Notes: generated from the letters alone by a model not told the origin. DNA of 64,000 nt from Alphaproteobacteria bacterium (GCA_021151765.1 JAGKWR010000002.1:49918-113917), one strand, 5' to 3'. Counted from the stretch's first letter, positions 43,914 through 52,656 are shown. Translations and numbers: made by a program.

Positions 43914-46172
43914 TCAGAGGTTCTTTCCTTTAGTATTTTTAGCTGAATTTTCTTCTTGGCTTTGCACTTTTTCACGAAAATCTGCTTTATGATTTTTACG
44001 TTCAAAAACTTTTTCGCCGCTTATTGTTTGAATTTTAAGAGGTTGCGGTGAGCGACTTGGAATTTCGATCTTTTTAGTTTCAAACTCAGTTCTTCCTTGG
44101 TCGGCAGATTGCTGATTTTTCGAAACTTCGTTTTCTTTATTCGGTTTTATCAATTCAGAATCTTGAGTTGGCGACTTTTGCTGCACATTTTCTGGTTGCA
44201 GATTTTTTAATTTTTCTTTCGATCTTTTTTCTTGTTCTGCCATCAAATAACCAATGTCTAAAACTTCAGATTTTGGCAAAACTTTTTGCTCTTTTTCTTG
44301 AGAAATTTGTAACTGTTTTTGTTGTTGAATTGGCTTTATTGGTGCAAAATCTGTTTTGCTTTTGCTATCCAATACAACGCTGGAAGATTCTATTTTCTTA
44401 TCGCCAGAATTATCAGGAACTTTTATTTTTGATTGTTCCACCACTGTTTTGTTTGCTATTTCAGCTTTCTCAGAAACAGAGAATTTTGGTTCTATTGGTT
44501 GTTCTTTTTTAAAATCAAATTGCACAGCTTTTTCAACAAGCTGAGGCAAAGTTTTTGATTCCGTGTTTTCTTGAGTTTTAACCTCAGATTTTTGTAATTT
44601 CTTACTATCGTTACCTAACTCAAATACTTGATCTATTCTAACTTCAAGGCTCTGAAATGAAGTTTTTAAATCTTTAATCGGAGATTTTTTTTCGGATTCG
44701 ACATCAAATTTTTTTGAATCTTGACCAACTATAGCATCACGTAAATCCTGAGTTATGTAGTTACCCTTGGCAATTGCTTGCGAAATTGCACTAACTAAAA
44801 CTTCACGACGTGAAAACATCGACAACGCACCAATCATTGATGAATCAGCGTTATCAACTGCAATATCAATAATAGTTTTACTACCTTCACGATGATTGAC
44901 GTTAGCACCACAATTAATCAACAAAACTGCAATCAAAGACTGGCCAGATTTAACGGCATTAAACAGTAATTTATTGATATCTTCTTTGCTTAAATCGATT
45001 TGCAGCATTTTCTCCAGTTCAGCTATTGCAGCTGATTTGGTTTGTTTCTGTTCTTTATCGTTTTTTATTTCTGGTTGCGGTTTTTCTGCAACTTTTGACG
45101 GCTGAGAATTTTCAGCTTTTTCAGTATTTTGAATTTGACTTTGTTGCGCGATTTTAGCTAAAGCCTCGCTTAATTCTTGACGATTACTCGATTCTCTTTC
45201 TTTCGTGGAATATGTTGTAACTTTTTGAGCAGTTTGGCTTTGAGATTGCAAATTTGATGATTTTTGTTCTGCATCACGAGTCTTTTGTTCTTTCTGAGCA
45301 GATTCTTTGGCTAATTTTTCTCTCGCCAAAGTATATTCGTAAATCGCTTCCATTTCACGATAAATTCGCAACTGTTCTTGCTGCATTCTATCAATCTCAG
45401 CTTGCTGACGCTTCAAAGCTGCTGACTCAGCTTTTCGTTCTTTTGAATCATCATTTTTAGCTTTTTTACGAGCTTTTTCTTCTTCCTCTTTTTGGCGTGA
45501 TCTTTCTTGATCATTTTCTTGTTGTTCTGAATTTATTCCCTTAGCGCCATTTGCTTTCAAAACTTCTACAGCTTTTTGTTCACCAATCATTTCAGCAAAA
45601 TCACGCGCCGTAAATCCGTAAGAATTTTTTTCATTAACGTTAGCTCCGCGATCAATTAAAACCTGCATCTTTTCAATTTTACCGGAAAGCATCGCAGCCG
45701 TCAGCGGACTCAAACCACATTCACCAAATTTACTTAAATCTTCTGGTTTAAGTTGGCATTTATCGAAGAATTCCATCGATTTTTCCAACGGTTTGCTTGA
45801 GGCGCAGGAAATGATAAAAATTTCTTTAGCAATAGCTTTTACGCGGTCGCGACGCTGTTTCTCAGCTTCTACTTCTTTTTTAGTTTTGGGATTATTTGAG
45901 TTTAAATCTTGACCTTCAGAATCTTTATCACGGGCTTTCGCACTTTCTTTTTCCAAAGCTTGCAGCTCTTTTAGATAATCGCGTAATTTTTTTGGCAAAG
46001 TTTCAATTAAACTAGCCGCTTTACGATTTTTTAACTTAGCAATATTTTCAGGTTGGAAGTTTTCATCGCGCAACAAATCTTCAATAAAGTTACGCAAATA
46101 TTGCTCATCAACTTCTTCTTCCAAAGGTATGTTAAAATATTCGTCTGAATTTTGATTTGGATTATTTTTCAC
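43914..46172 (-). CDS. Ankyrin-repeat protein (752 aa) with a coiled-coil/KE-rich middle region; paralog of 49791-50825
   Basis: Ankyrin repeats are visible ('GLSPLTAAMLSGKIEKMQVLIDRGANVNEKNSYGFTA...', 'LLFNAVKSGQSLIAVLLINCGANVNHREGSKTIIDIA'). The N-terminal roughly 200 aa align with the 344-aa paralog. Confidence 0.8.
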   Translation of the reverse strand: MKNNPNQNSDEYFNIPLEEEVDEQYLRNFIEDLLRDENFQPENIAKLKNRKAASLIETLPKKLRDYLKELQALEKESAKARDKDSEGQDLNSNNPKTKKEVEAEKQRRDRVKAIAKEIFIISCASSKPLEKSMEFFDKCQLKPEDLSKFGECGLSPLTAAMLSGKIEKMQVLIDRGANVNEKNSYGFTARDFAEMIGEQKAVEVLKANGAKGINSEQQENDQERSRQKEEEEKARKKAKNDDSKERKAESAALKRQQAEIDRMQQEQLRIYREMEAIYEYTLAREKLAKESAQKEQKTRDAEQKSSNLQSQSQTAQKVTTYSTKERESSNRQELSEALAKIAQQSQIQNTEKAENSQPSKVAEKPQPEIKNDKEQKQTKSAAIAELEKMLQIDLSKEDINKLLFNAVKSGQSLIAVLLINCGANVNHREGSKTIIDIAVDNADSSMIGALSMFSRREVLVSAISQAIAKGNYITQDLRDAIVGQDSKKFDVESEKKSPIKDLKTSFQSLEVRIDQVFELGNDSKKLQKSEVKTQENTESKTLPQLVEKAVQFDFKKEQPIEPKFSVSEKAEIANKTVVEQSKIKVPDNSGDKKIESSSVVLDSKSKTDFAPIKPIQQQKQLQISQEKEQKVLPKSEVLDIGYLMAEQEKRSKEKLKNLQPENVQQKSPTQDSELIKPNKENEVSKNQQSADQGRTEFETKKIEIPSRSPQPLKIQTISGEKVFERKNHKADFREKVQSQEENSAKNTKGKNL

Positions 46173-46227
46173 GGTTAATCTTTAAAACTTAATTTGCTTT
46201 GCAAAGCGACACTTTGTAATTTCCACG

Positions 46228-46730
46228 ATCTTGTAAGGCAAGTAGATGATCGCTGGTTTTAGTTTGGTAACAAATTTGAAAATCAGAGGAAAGTCCGGAC
46301 TCCTCGTCAGAAACGATACCAGCTAACGGCTGGCCACGCAGCTTGAATAAACTAGAGCGGCTGAGGGAAAGTATCACAGAGAATATACCACCAACCATCA
46401 TTGACTAGCTTGATTTTATGCTCTCTTAATCGGAAGTGTTTAGTCGCTACCTTGATGAATTGGCCAGGGTGAAAACGCGAGGTAAGAGCTCACGCGCTTT
46501 CGTGGTAACACGAATTTGGAAAAACCCTATCGGGAGCAAGACCAAATAGGAATGGCAGTTTAGCAATAAACAATGTTCTGACGCATGCCGTTCGGGTAGG
46601 TTGCTTGAGGTCAACAGCGATGTTGATCCTAGATGAATGATCGTCCCGCTTACGCTTCGCTACAGCGCGGCTTTGCCCGTGTTGTTGAAGTGTTTGCGGA
46701 CAGAATCCGGCTTATTCTTGTCTTACATTT
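46228..46730 (+). ncRNA. rnpB: RNase P RNA (bacterial type A) with expanded peripheral helices
   Basis: The conserved P4 strands 'GAGGAAAGTCCGGACTCC' and 'ACAGAATCCGGCTTA' are present, along with the P10-P12 region 'CCAGGGTGAAAACGCGAGGTAAGAGCTCACGC' and a P1 pairing (cttgtaaggcaag ... cttgtcttacat). Confidence 0.75.
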
Positions 46731-46905
46731 TAAATTCCGGTGAGAGCCGGATTTTATTTATTTCTTCTGATCGCAAAACGATCAGTGGCCGGCTTATTCT
46801 TGTCTTACATTTTAAATTTCGGTGCGAGCCGGATTTTATTTATTTCTTCTGATCGCAACACGATCAGTTGGCCGGCTTATTCTTGTTTTACATTCATTAA
46901 ATTTA
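46707..46905 (+). repeat. Tandem direct repeat, period ~82-83 bp, ~2.4 copies, duplicating the rnpB 3' end and a small CCGG hairpin/T-rich terminator
   Basis: Unit 1 is 46707-46788, unit 2 is 46789-46871, and partial unit 3 is 46872-~46905. The units are about 95% identical. Confidence 0.8.
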
Positions 46906-46990
46906 AAACTGCGTTTTAAATTTAGGTTAATTTCGAGTTGCTACAGGCGAAGTAAATTCGCCTATCCACAACAAAGTTTATTTTTTTAAG

Positions 46991-47776
46991 ATGCTTACTA
47001 CCAACGAAATTCGTACAAAATTCCTCGATTACTTTGCCAAAAATGGCCATGAAATTATTGCGTCTAGTCCTTTGATTCCGCATAACGACCCTACTTTGAT
47101 GTTTACCAACGCGGGGATGAATCAGTTCAAAAATTATTTTACTGGCGTGGAAGTTCCGAAATTCAAACGCGCAGCGACTTCGCAAAAATGTGTCCGTGCT
47201 GGTGGTAAACACAACGATCTGGACAATGTTGGCTACACTGCCCGTCATCACACTTTTTTTGAAATGTTAGGTAATTTTTCTTTTGGCGATTATTTCAAAG
47301 AAGAAGCGATTTTTTATGCGTGGAATTTGTTGACGAAAGAATTCGGTATCAACCCACAAAAGCTTTTAGTTACTGTTTATCACAACGATGATGAAGCGGC
47401 AAATTTTTGGAAAAAAATTGCTGGTTTAAATGATGATAAAATTATTCGTATCGCAACTGACGACAACTTCTGGTCGATGGGCGACACTGGTCCTTGCGGC
47501 CCGTGCTCAGAAATTTTCTTCGATCATGGCGATAAAATTTTCGGCGGCCCTCCAGGCAGCAAGGATGAAAATGGTGATCGTTTTATCGAAATTTGGAATT
47601 TGGTTTTCATGCAATTTGAAAAACACAAAGACGGCAAAATGATTCCATTGCCAAAACCTTGTATTGATACTGGCATGGGCTTGGAACGTGTCACTTCAGT
47701 GATGCAAGGCGTTCATGATAATTACGAAACTGACAGCTTCAAAAAATTGATCGGCGAAATTCAAAAAATTGTGTAA
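46991..47776 (+). CDS. alaS: Alanyl-tRNA synthetase, N-terminal catalytic-core fragment (261 aa), separately encoded
   Basis: The '[47 protein letters not shown]' N-terminus, '[19 protein letters not shown]' (class II motif 2 region, near-identical to E. coli) and '[14 protein letters not shown]' are present. The ORF ends with TAA exactly where the 16240 fragment's homology begins. Confidence 0.85.
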   Translation: MLTTNEIRTKFLDYFAKNGHEIIASSPLIPHNDPTLMFTNAGMNQFKNYFTGVEVPKFKRAATSQKCVRAGGKHNDLDNVGYTARHHTFFEMLGNFSFGDYFKEEAIFYAWNLLTKEFGINPQKLLVTVYHNDDEAANFWKKIAGLNDDKIIRIATDDNFWSMGDTGPCGPCSEIFFDHGDKIFGGPPGSKDENGDRFIEIWNLVFMQFEKHKDGKMIPLPKPCIDTGMGLERVTSVMQGVHDNYETDSFKKLIGEIQKIV

Positions 47777-47838
47777 GTTTTGGAATGTAATTCAATTTCT
47801 TACACAGTCGCTAACCTAGAAATGGTAGATTCCCAATT

Positions 47839-49788
47839 ATGAAAAAACCAAATATCAAAGCCTTCTCTCTGGTTGAAATCACGATCGTAATTTTAGTGAT
47901 TGGTGTTATTATTGCTGGTGTGTTGGCGAGTAATGTTTTGATTAAGAAGTTTCGTATAGCTACGGCGCAGAATTTGACGCAGTCGTCACCGATTCAAGGT
48001 ATTGCAGATTCGGTGTTGTGGTTGGAAACTAGTTTGGACAAGAGTTTTAAGGCTTCAGAGAGTGAGGATAAGTCGAAGTTGAGTGTGTGGTATGATGTTC
48101 GTGAGTCTATGTCTAAGAATAATGCTGTTCAAAGTGATGCTGCTTATGCTCCGAGTTATTCCAATAGTATTAATTATGTGCAAGCGGTGAAGTTTGATGG
48201 CACGAATGGTTATTTTACGGTGGATGGCTCAGTTTTGAACAATACGAATTACACGATTTTTGTTCTAGAGAGGAGAGAGAGTAACAAGAGCGGTAATTAT
48301 TTTATTGGTGATGCTTCATCTGAGAATCAATCAACTACGAATAAGAATTTAGTTTTAGGTTATAGTGCTGATGGGACGGTGATTCATTCGCAATCTAGTG
48401 ATAATTCTTACAGTTCGAGTATTTCGACTTATGCGTCCTCAACTGGCAAGGCGCGAGTTTTTAGTTTTGTTCATGATAGTTCTGTGGGTAAGAAGACTTA
48501 TATTAACGGACTTCTAGCTGCGACTTCGACTGATACTAATAATTTATCTGGGATGAACACTTTGACGATTGGTAAGTCTTATCAGGGTCAGATTGGCGAG
48601 ATTGTGATGTTTGCTCGTGCTTTGACTGATGAAGAGAGAGAATCGGTTGAAGATTATTTGGGTAAGAAATGGAACAGCACAATTTTACGTTCTATTGGTG
48701 GATCTGCTTCATCTGGCGGTATTGGTGGAAGTTGTGTTGGCGGAACTGTCAGCGATTCGGGATGTTTGATTTCTTGTACAGTAACTGCTGCTAATGGGAT
48801 CACAGCTACCACAGTTCAAGACGGATCTGGATCTTTAACTTGTAACGCTGCAGCAAATTTCACTGGTTCTTTGCCTTACTCCTGTGTCAACGGTGTCTTC
48901 CAATATACAGACAAAACAAGCTGCTCCTGCGCAACTGGTTATAATCTAACGGGCTCGACTTGTACACCAATTAACCCAAGTTGTTCAGGTGGCACCGAAT
49001 CTACCACAACTATTTCAGGAATTACTTACAAACTGCATACTTTTACATCTTCTGGAAATCTTGTTTGTACAGCTGGTGGCCGTAGTCAGGTATTAGTTGT
49101 AGCTGGTGGCGGCGGCGGTACATTTTTTGGTGGTGGTGGTGGCGGCGGCGGTGTCGTATTTAAGTCTAGCCATACTCTTACAGTCAAAACTTATAGTGTT
49201 ACAGTTGGTAGTGGTGGTATTGCTAATACTTCAGCTACAACCACTCCAGTTAATGGTGGCAACTCAGTTTTTGATACTATTACCACTTATGGTGGTGGTG
49301 GCGGTGGAAATAACTCTCTAGCAGCTGGAAAAGCTGGTGGCTCTGGTGGCGGAGCAAACAGGGGAGATGTTCCGAGCAGAGTTGGTGGTGCAGTTATTAC
49401 AAATATCGCAGACGGAGGAATTTCTTACGGAAACGTTGGCGGTGCCACAGCAAATATTACAGGTTGGGGTGGTGCTGGTGGAGGTGGAGGAGCTGGATCA
49501 GCAGGTGGTCAAGGAGGTTCTAACGGCACAGCAGCTGGAGAGGTTGGTGGTAGTGGTGGTAATGGCGTATCAATAAGTATAACAGGAACACCAACTTATT
49601 ATGCCGGTGGCGGTGGTGGTGCTGTTCAGGGAAACTTAACCCCATCACCTGGTGGTTTAGGTGGAGGTGGAGCTGGAGGTCGAAATCCAGTCGCCGGAAC
49701 AGATGGTTATGGTGGTGGTGGTGGTGGCTCAACTAACATACCTAAGAGAGGTGGTTCTGGTGTCGTAATTATTCGTTACGCTAAATAA
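47839..49788 (+). CDS. Prepilin-type N-terminal domain + LamG-like jellyroll + EGF-like Cys module + long Gly-rich C-terminal domain (649 aa)
   Basis: The N-terminus 'KKPNIKAFSLVEITIVILVIGVIIAGV' is pilin-like. The LamG_3 pattern runs 'LWLETS...VWYDV...VKFDGTNGYF...TIGKSYQGQIGEIVMFARALTDEERESVEDYLGKKWN'. An EGF-like 'CSCATGYNLTGSTCTP' follows. After that come 235 aa dominated by GGGGG runs and ending 'GSGVVIIRYAK'. Confidence 0.75.
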   Translation: MKKPNIKAFSLVEITIVILVIGVIIAGVLASNVLIKKFRIATAQNLTQSSPIQGIADSVLWLETSLDKSFKASESEDKSKLSVWYDVRESMSKNNAVQSDAAYAPSYSNSINYVQAVKFDGTNGYFTVDGSVLNNTNYTIFVLERRESNKSGNYFIGDASSENQSTTNKNLVLGYSADGTVIHSQSSDNSYSSSISTYASSTGKARVFSFVHDSSVGKKTYINGLLAATSTDTNNLSGMNTLTIGKSYQGQIGEIVMFARALTDEERESVEDYLGKKWNSTILRSIGGSASSGGIGGSCVGGTVSDSGCLISCTVTAANGITATTVQDGSGSLTCNAAANFTGSLPYSCVNGVFQYTDKTSCSCATGYNLTGSTCTPINPSCSGGTESTTTISGITYKLHTFTSSGNLVCTAGGRSQVLVVAGGGGGTFFGGGGGGGGVVFKSSHTLTVKTYSVTVGSGGIANTSATTTPVNGGNSVFDTITTYGGGGGGNNSLAAGKAGGSGGGANRGDVPSRVGGAVITNIADGGISYGNVGGATANITGWGGAGGGGGAGSAGGQGGSNGTAAGEVGGSGGNGVSISITGTPTYYAGGGGGAVQGNLTPSPGGLGGGGAGGRNPVAGTDGYGGGGGGSTNIPKRGGSGVVIIRYAK

Positions 49789-49790
49789 AT

Positions 49791-50825
49791 TTAACGTCCC
49801 ATTCCACCACCTTGGGAATTATTGCTGTGGTGAAATGGATTATTTACGTGAGATTGCAGCGATCCGGCATTGTCAATCATCTGCCCCATGACTTCACTAA
49901 CTCCTCGTACGTTCTCTTTCGTAATCACACTAGCGCGATCAGCAACTATTGCTGTGATTGCCCAATTACCAGTTTTAGCAGCAGTTTGTAAAATTGTTTC
50001 TCCGCCTAAATTGGCGTTCACATTCGCTCCATCTAAAACTAAACTATTAACTGAAGTAATATCGCCACTTAAAATGGCATCGTGCAATTGTTCTTCTTTA
50101 GTTTGCGAATTTTGCGGTGATGTTTGGTTATCGTTTATCTTACCAAATAAATTCTGCGAACTGCTTTTAGCGCCATTTTCTCGCAATACTGAAGTTAAAT
50201 CACGATCAATTTTCAAAATCGCAATATCCAAAGCTGACAAGCCTTCATTATTCAAAACATTGAGCTGCACACCTTCTGTAATTAGAAATTCCATCATCCA
50301 TTTTTTAACTCCAATTTTAACAGCAATATGAGCAGAATTATCACCATTTGGCGATCTAAAATTTACGTTTGCTCCGAGCATAATCAACCATTGCAAAAAC
50401 TTTTTACCGCGATTGCCCAACAAAGCTGCGCTTAAAGCGTTGAATTTACCTTTGCGATTAAATTTGTTGAGATCGGCTACATTAAACTCACAAACATCAA
50501 AAAAATTAGTAATCTCTTCAATATCAAGGTTTGAAGCACAAGCTGTAACAAATAATTCTTGAGCAATTTCCCGCAAATTTTTTTCAAAATTCGCGCCTTC
50601 TTTTTGCAATTCTTTTTTAAGCTGCTTCAGCTGATGTTGTAGTTCTTCCAACCAAGCTTTTTGATCTAAGTTACTACCTAAATATTTGGCACCAGCTAAT
50701 TTCTCTGCAAAATTATTAACATAGTCGCGATCAAATTTATCGGCTTTGTTCTGCTTAGATTTTGGCTCATTTTTTTGCGAAGAATCTTTTACAAACCAAG
50801 AAAAAACTCTCACAAAGAAAGCCAT
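49791..50825 (-). CDS. Ankyrin-repeat protein (344 aa), paralog of 43914-46172
   Basis: It shares the N-terminal domain ('...ELFVTACASNLDIEEITNFFDVCEF...') with the 752-aa protein. Ankyrin repeats include 'LGANVNFRSPNGDNSAHIAV', 'GVQLNVLNNEGLSALDIA' and 'DGANVNANLGGETILQTAA'. Confidence 0.75.
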   Translation of the reverse strand: MAFFVRVFSWFVKDSSQKNEPKSKQNKADKFDRDYVNNFAEKLAGAKYLGSNLDQKAWLEELQHQLKQLKKELQKEGANFEKNLREIAQELFVTACASNLDIEEITNFFDVCEFNVADLNKFNRKGKFNALSAALLGNRGKKFLQWLIMLGANVNFRSPNGDNSAHIAVKIGVKKWMMEFLITEGVQLNVLNNEGLSALDIAILKIDRDLTSVLRENGAKSSSQNLFGKINDNQTSPQNSQTKEEQLHDAILSGDITSVNSLVLDGANVNANLGGETILQTAAKTGNWAITAIVADRASVITKENVRGVSEVMGQMIDNAGSLQSHVNNPFHHSNNSQGGGMGR

Positions 50826-50833
50826 AATCAGTT

Positions 50834-52405
50834 TTATTTTATTTTTTCTTCAACCAATTTCACAAAACTTTCAATGCCAAAAAGTGCAATGAAAGATCCC
50901 ATTCTTGGGCCTTGATCTTGTCCTAATAAAATTTGGTAAAGCGCTAAAAACCAATCACGCATATTCTTTTCATAACCGTGATTTTTACCAACTTGGAATA
51001 CTAAATTCTGCAACAACGCGCCGTCATTTTTTTGTTCTTCAGTTGCGTTTTGCAAAGTTGTAACAAGTTCGCGAAGTGCTGATTTTTCAGCGTCAGTAGC
51101 TTCACGATATTTTTTATTTTTCTTGATGAAATCGTTGTAATAGTTGATGGCGTTGCCGACCAATTTCGCTAAATAAGGCGAGTTTTCTTTGGTCAAACCA
51201 GCTTGGTATTTGGAAATAAAACCCCACAGAACCGAGTCATTTTCTGGGTTACAAGCCGATGCCAAATTCAACAACAGCGAATAGCTCAAGTTAAAATTAA
51301 TCGCCGGAACTTTTCCTTCATGAATGTGGAAAGCAGGATTATCAAACTTTGCCGCCTCTTCCTGAGTTGGATAAGATGCCGCAAAAGTTAAATATTCGTC
51401 AGCCGCTTTTGGAATTACATCGAAATATAAACGTTTGGCAGTTTTTGGTTTTTGATACATAAAAAGTGCCATCGATTCAGCTGGCGCGTAGGAAAGCCAC
51501 TCTTCAACTGAAATGCCGTTACCTTTCGATTTCGAAATTTTTTCGCCAGAATCTGACAAGAACATTTCGTAAGTGAAATTTACTGGTGGAATGCCGCCCA
51601 AGATGCGGCAAACTTCGCGGTAAATTCTTTCATTTGGTTGGTGATCTTTGCCGTAAATTTCGTAATCAACACCCAAAGAATACCAGCGCGCGCCGAAATC
51701 AATTTTCCACTGCAATTTGCAATTTCCGCCGGTAACTGGAATTTCTTTTTCAACTCCGTTTGTATCAACGTAAATAACCGTTCCTTTGGCTTTATTTACA
51801 CCTTTCACGCCTTTGTCGATAACAATTCCAGATTCTGGATCAATCGGCATAAATGGCGAATAAGTAGCTTGGCGTTCTTCACCCAAAGTTGGCAACATCA
51901 AGTTCATCAAATCTTCGTATTTTTCCAAAACGCGCAGCATTGTTGAGTCAAAGGCACCAGATTTATATTTGTCTGTCGCTGAAATAAATTCATATTGAAA
52001 ACCAAAACCATCCAAAAAGCCACGCAAACGCGCATTCATGTGATGTCCGTAAGATTCATGAGTGCCGAAAGGATCAGAAACTGAAGTCAGCGGTTTGCCT
52101 AAATTAGCACGTACCATTTCTTGTTGCGGCACGTTGTCTGGAACTTTGCGAAGCCCGTCAATGTCGTCAGAAACGCAAAACATTTTAGTCGGAATTTCCG
52201 GCGCAATTAAAGTGAAAGCGTGACGCACAAAAGAAGTACGTACAACTTCACCGAAAGTTCCGATATGCGGCAAACCTGACGGCCCGTAACCAGTTTCAAA
52301 AAGAACGTAACCTTTAGCCGGAGTTTTACCGCCAATTTTATCGTAAATTCTTTTAGCTTCTTCAAAGACCCAATTTTTGGGCAAATTATTTATATCGAGT
52401 TTCAT
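50834..52405 (-). CDS. lysK: Lysyl-tRNA synthetase, class I type
   Basis: It has the Rossmann-fold class I motifs 'PSGLPHIGT' (HIGH) and 'KISKSKG' (KMSKS). Its 523-aa length and overall pattern fit LysRS-I of alpha-proteobacteria, spirochetes and archaea. Confidence 0.9.
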   Translation of the reverse strand: MKLDINNLPKNWVFEEAKRIYDKIGGKTPAKGYVLFETGYGPSGLPHIGTFGEVVRTSFVRHAFTLIAPEIPTKMFCVSDDIDGLRKVPDNVPQQEMVRANLGKPLTSVSDPFGTHESYGHHMNARLRGFLDGFGFQYEFISATDKYKSGAFDSTMLRVLEKYEDLMNLMLPTLGEERQATYSPFMPIDPESGIVIDKGVKGVNKAKGTVIYVDTNGVEKEIPVTGGNCKLQWKIDFGARWYSLGVDYEIYGKDHQPNERIYREVCRILGGIPPVNFTYEMFLSDSGEKISKSKGNGISVEEWLSYAPAESMALFMYQKPKTAKRLYFDVIPKAADEYLTFAASYPTQEEAAKFDNPAFHIHEGKVPAINFNLSYSLLLNLASACNPENDSVLWGFISKYQAGLTKENSPYLAKLVGNAINYYNDFIKKNKKYREATDAEKSALRELVTTLQNATEEQKNDGALLQNLVFQVGKNHGYEKNMRDWFLALYQILLGQDQGPRMGSFIALFGIESFVKLVEEKIK

Positions 52406-52410
52406 AAATT

Positions 52411-52632
52411 TTATTTTGTTACAGCATTATCGTTATTTTTAACAGACTGATTTTGAGAAATTTGAACTGAAGTAGAGGGTGGTATTATTCCAGCTGGTTG
52501 TTCTGGATTCCAATATTCTTCAATATCAGAAATAGCATTTGATCTTGTGCTACGTCTTTGCTCTTGATCAGTCAATTCTTTTTCTTCAAAAGAAGGAGTA
52601 TGATTATCTTTATTATCAGATTGGTTATTCAT
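52411..52632 (-). CDS. Small hydrophilic hypothetical protein (73 aa)
   Basis: It is an ORF only, with low-complexity N/S/Q-rich composition. It is co-directional and tightly spaced between mtaB-like and lysK. Confidence 0.3.
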   Translation of the reverse strand: MNNQSDNKDNHTPSFEEKELTDQEQRRSTRSNAISDIEEYWNPEQPAGIIPPSTSVQISQNQSVKNNDNAVTK

Positions 52633-52656
52633 TGAAATTATCTCTTAAAAGTTTGT

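Noticed and set aside
46189-46852. ORFs 46189-46401(-) and 46637-46852(+) in the ankyrin/alaS intergenic region
   Set aside because: They overlap the RNase P RNA and its tandem repeat, and the sequence carries the conserved rnpB P4 and P10-12 motifs. The ORFs are spurious.
46707-46905. Possible CRISPR array suggested by the regularly spaced direct repeats
   Set aside because: The units are about 82-83 bp and abut each other directly with no unique spacers, there are only about 2.4 copies, and no cas genes are nearby. This is a tandem duplication, not a CRISPR array.
49106-49732. ORFs 49106-49321+, 49337-49576+ and 49520-49732- (the last His-rich, 'MSHHHHHHNH...') inside the Gly-rich region
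   Set aside because: They are frame or antisense artefacts of GGT/GGC repeat codons in the poly-Gly domain of ORF 47839-49788. Antisense poly-Gly reads as poly-Pro or poly-His.
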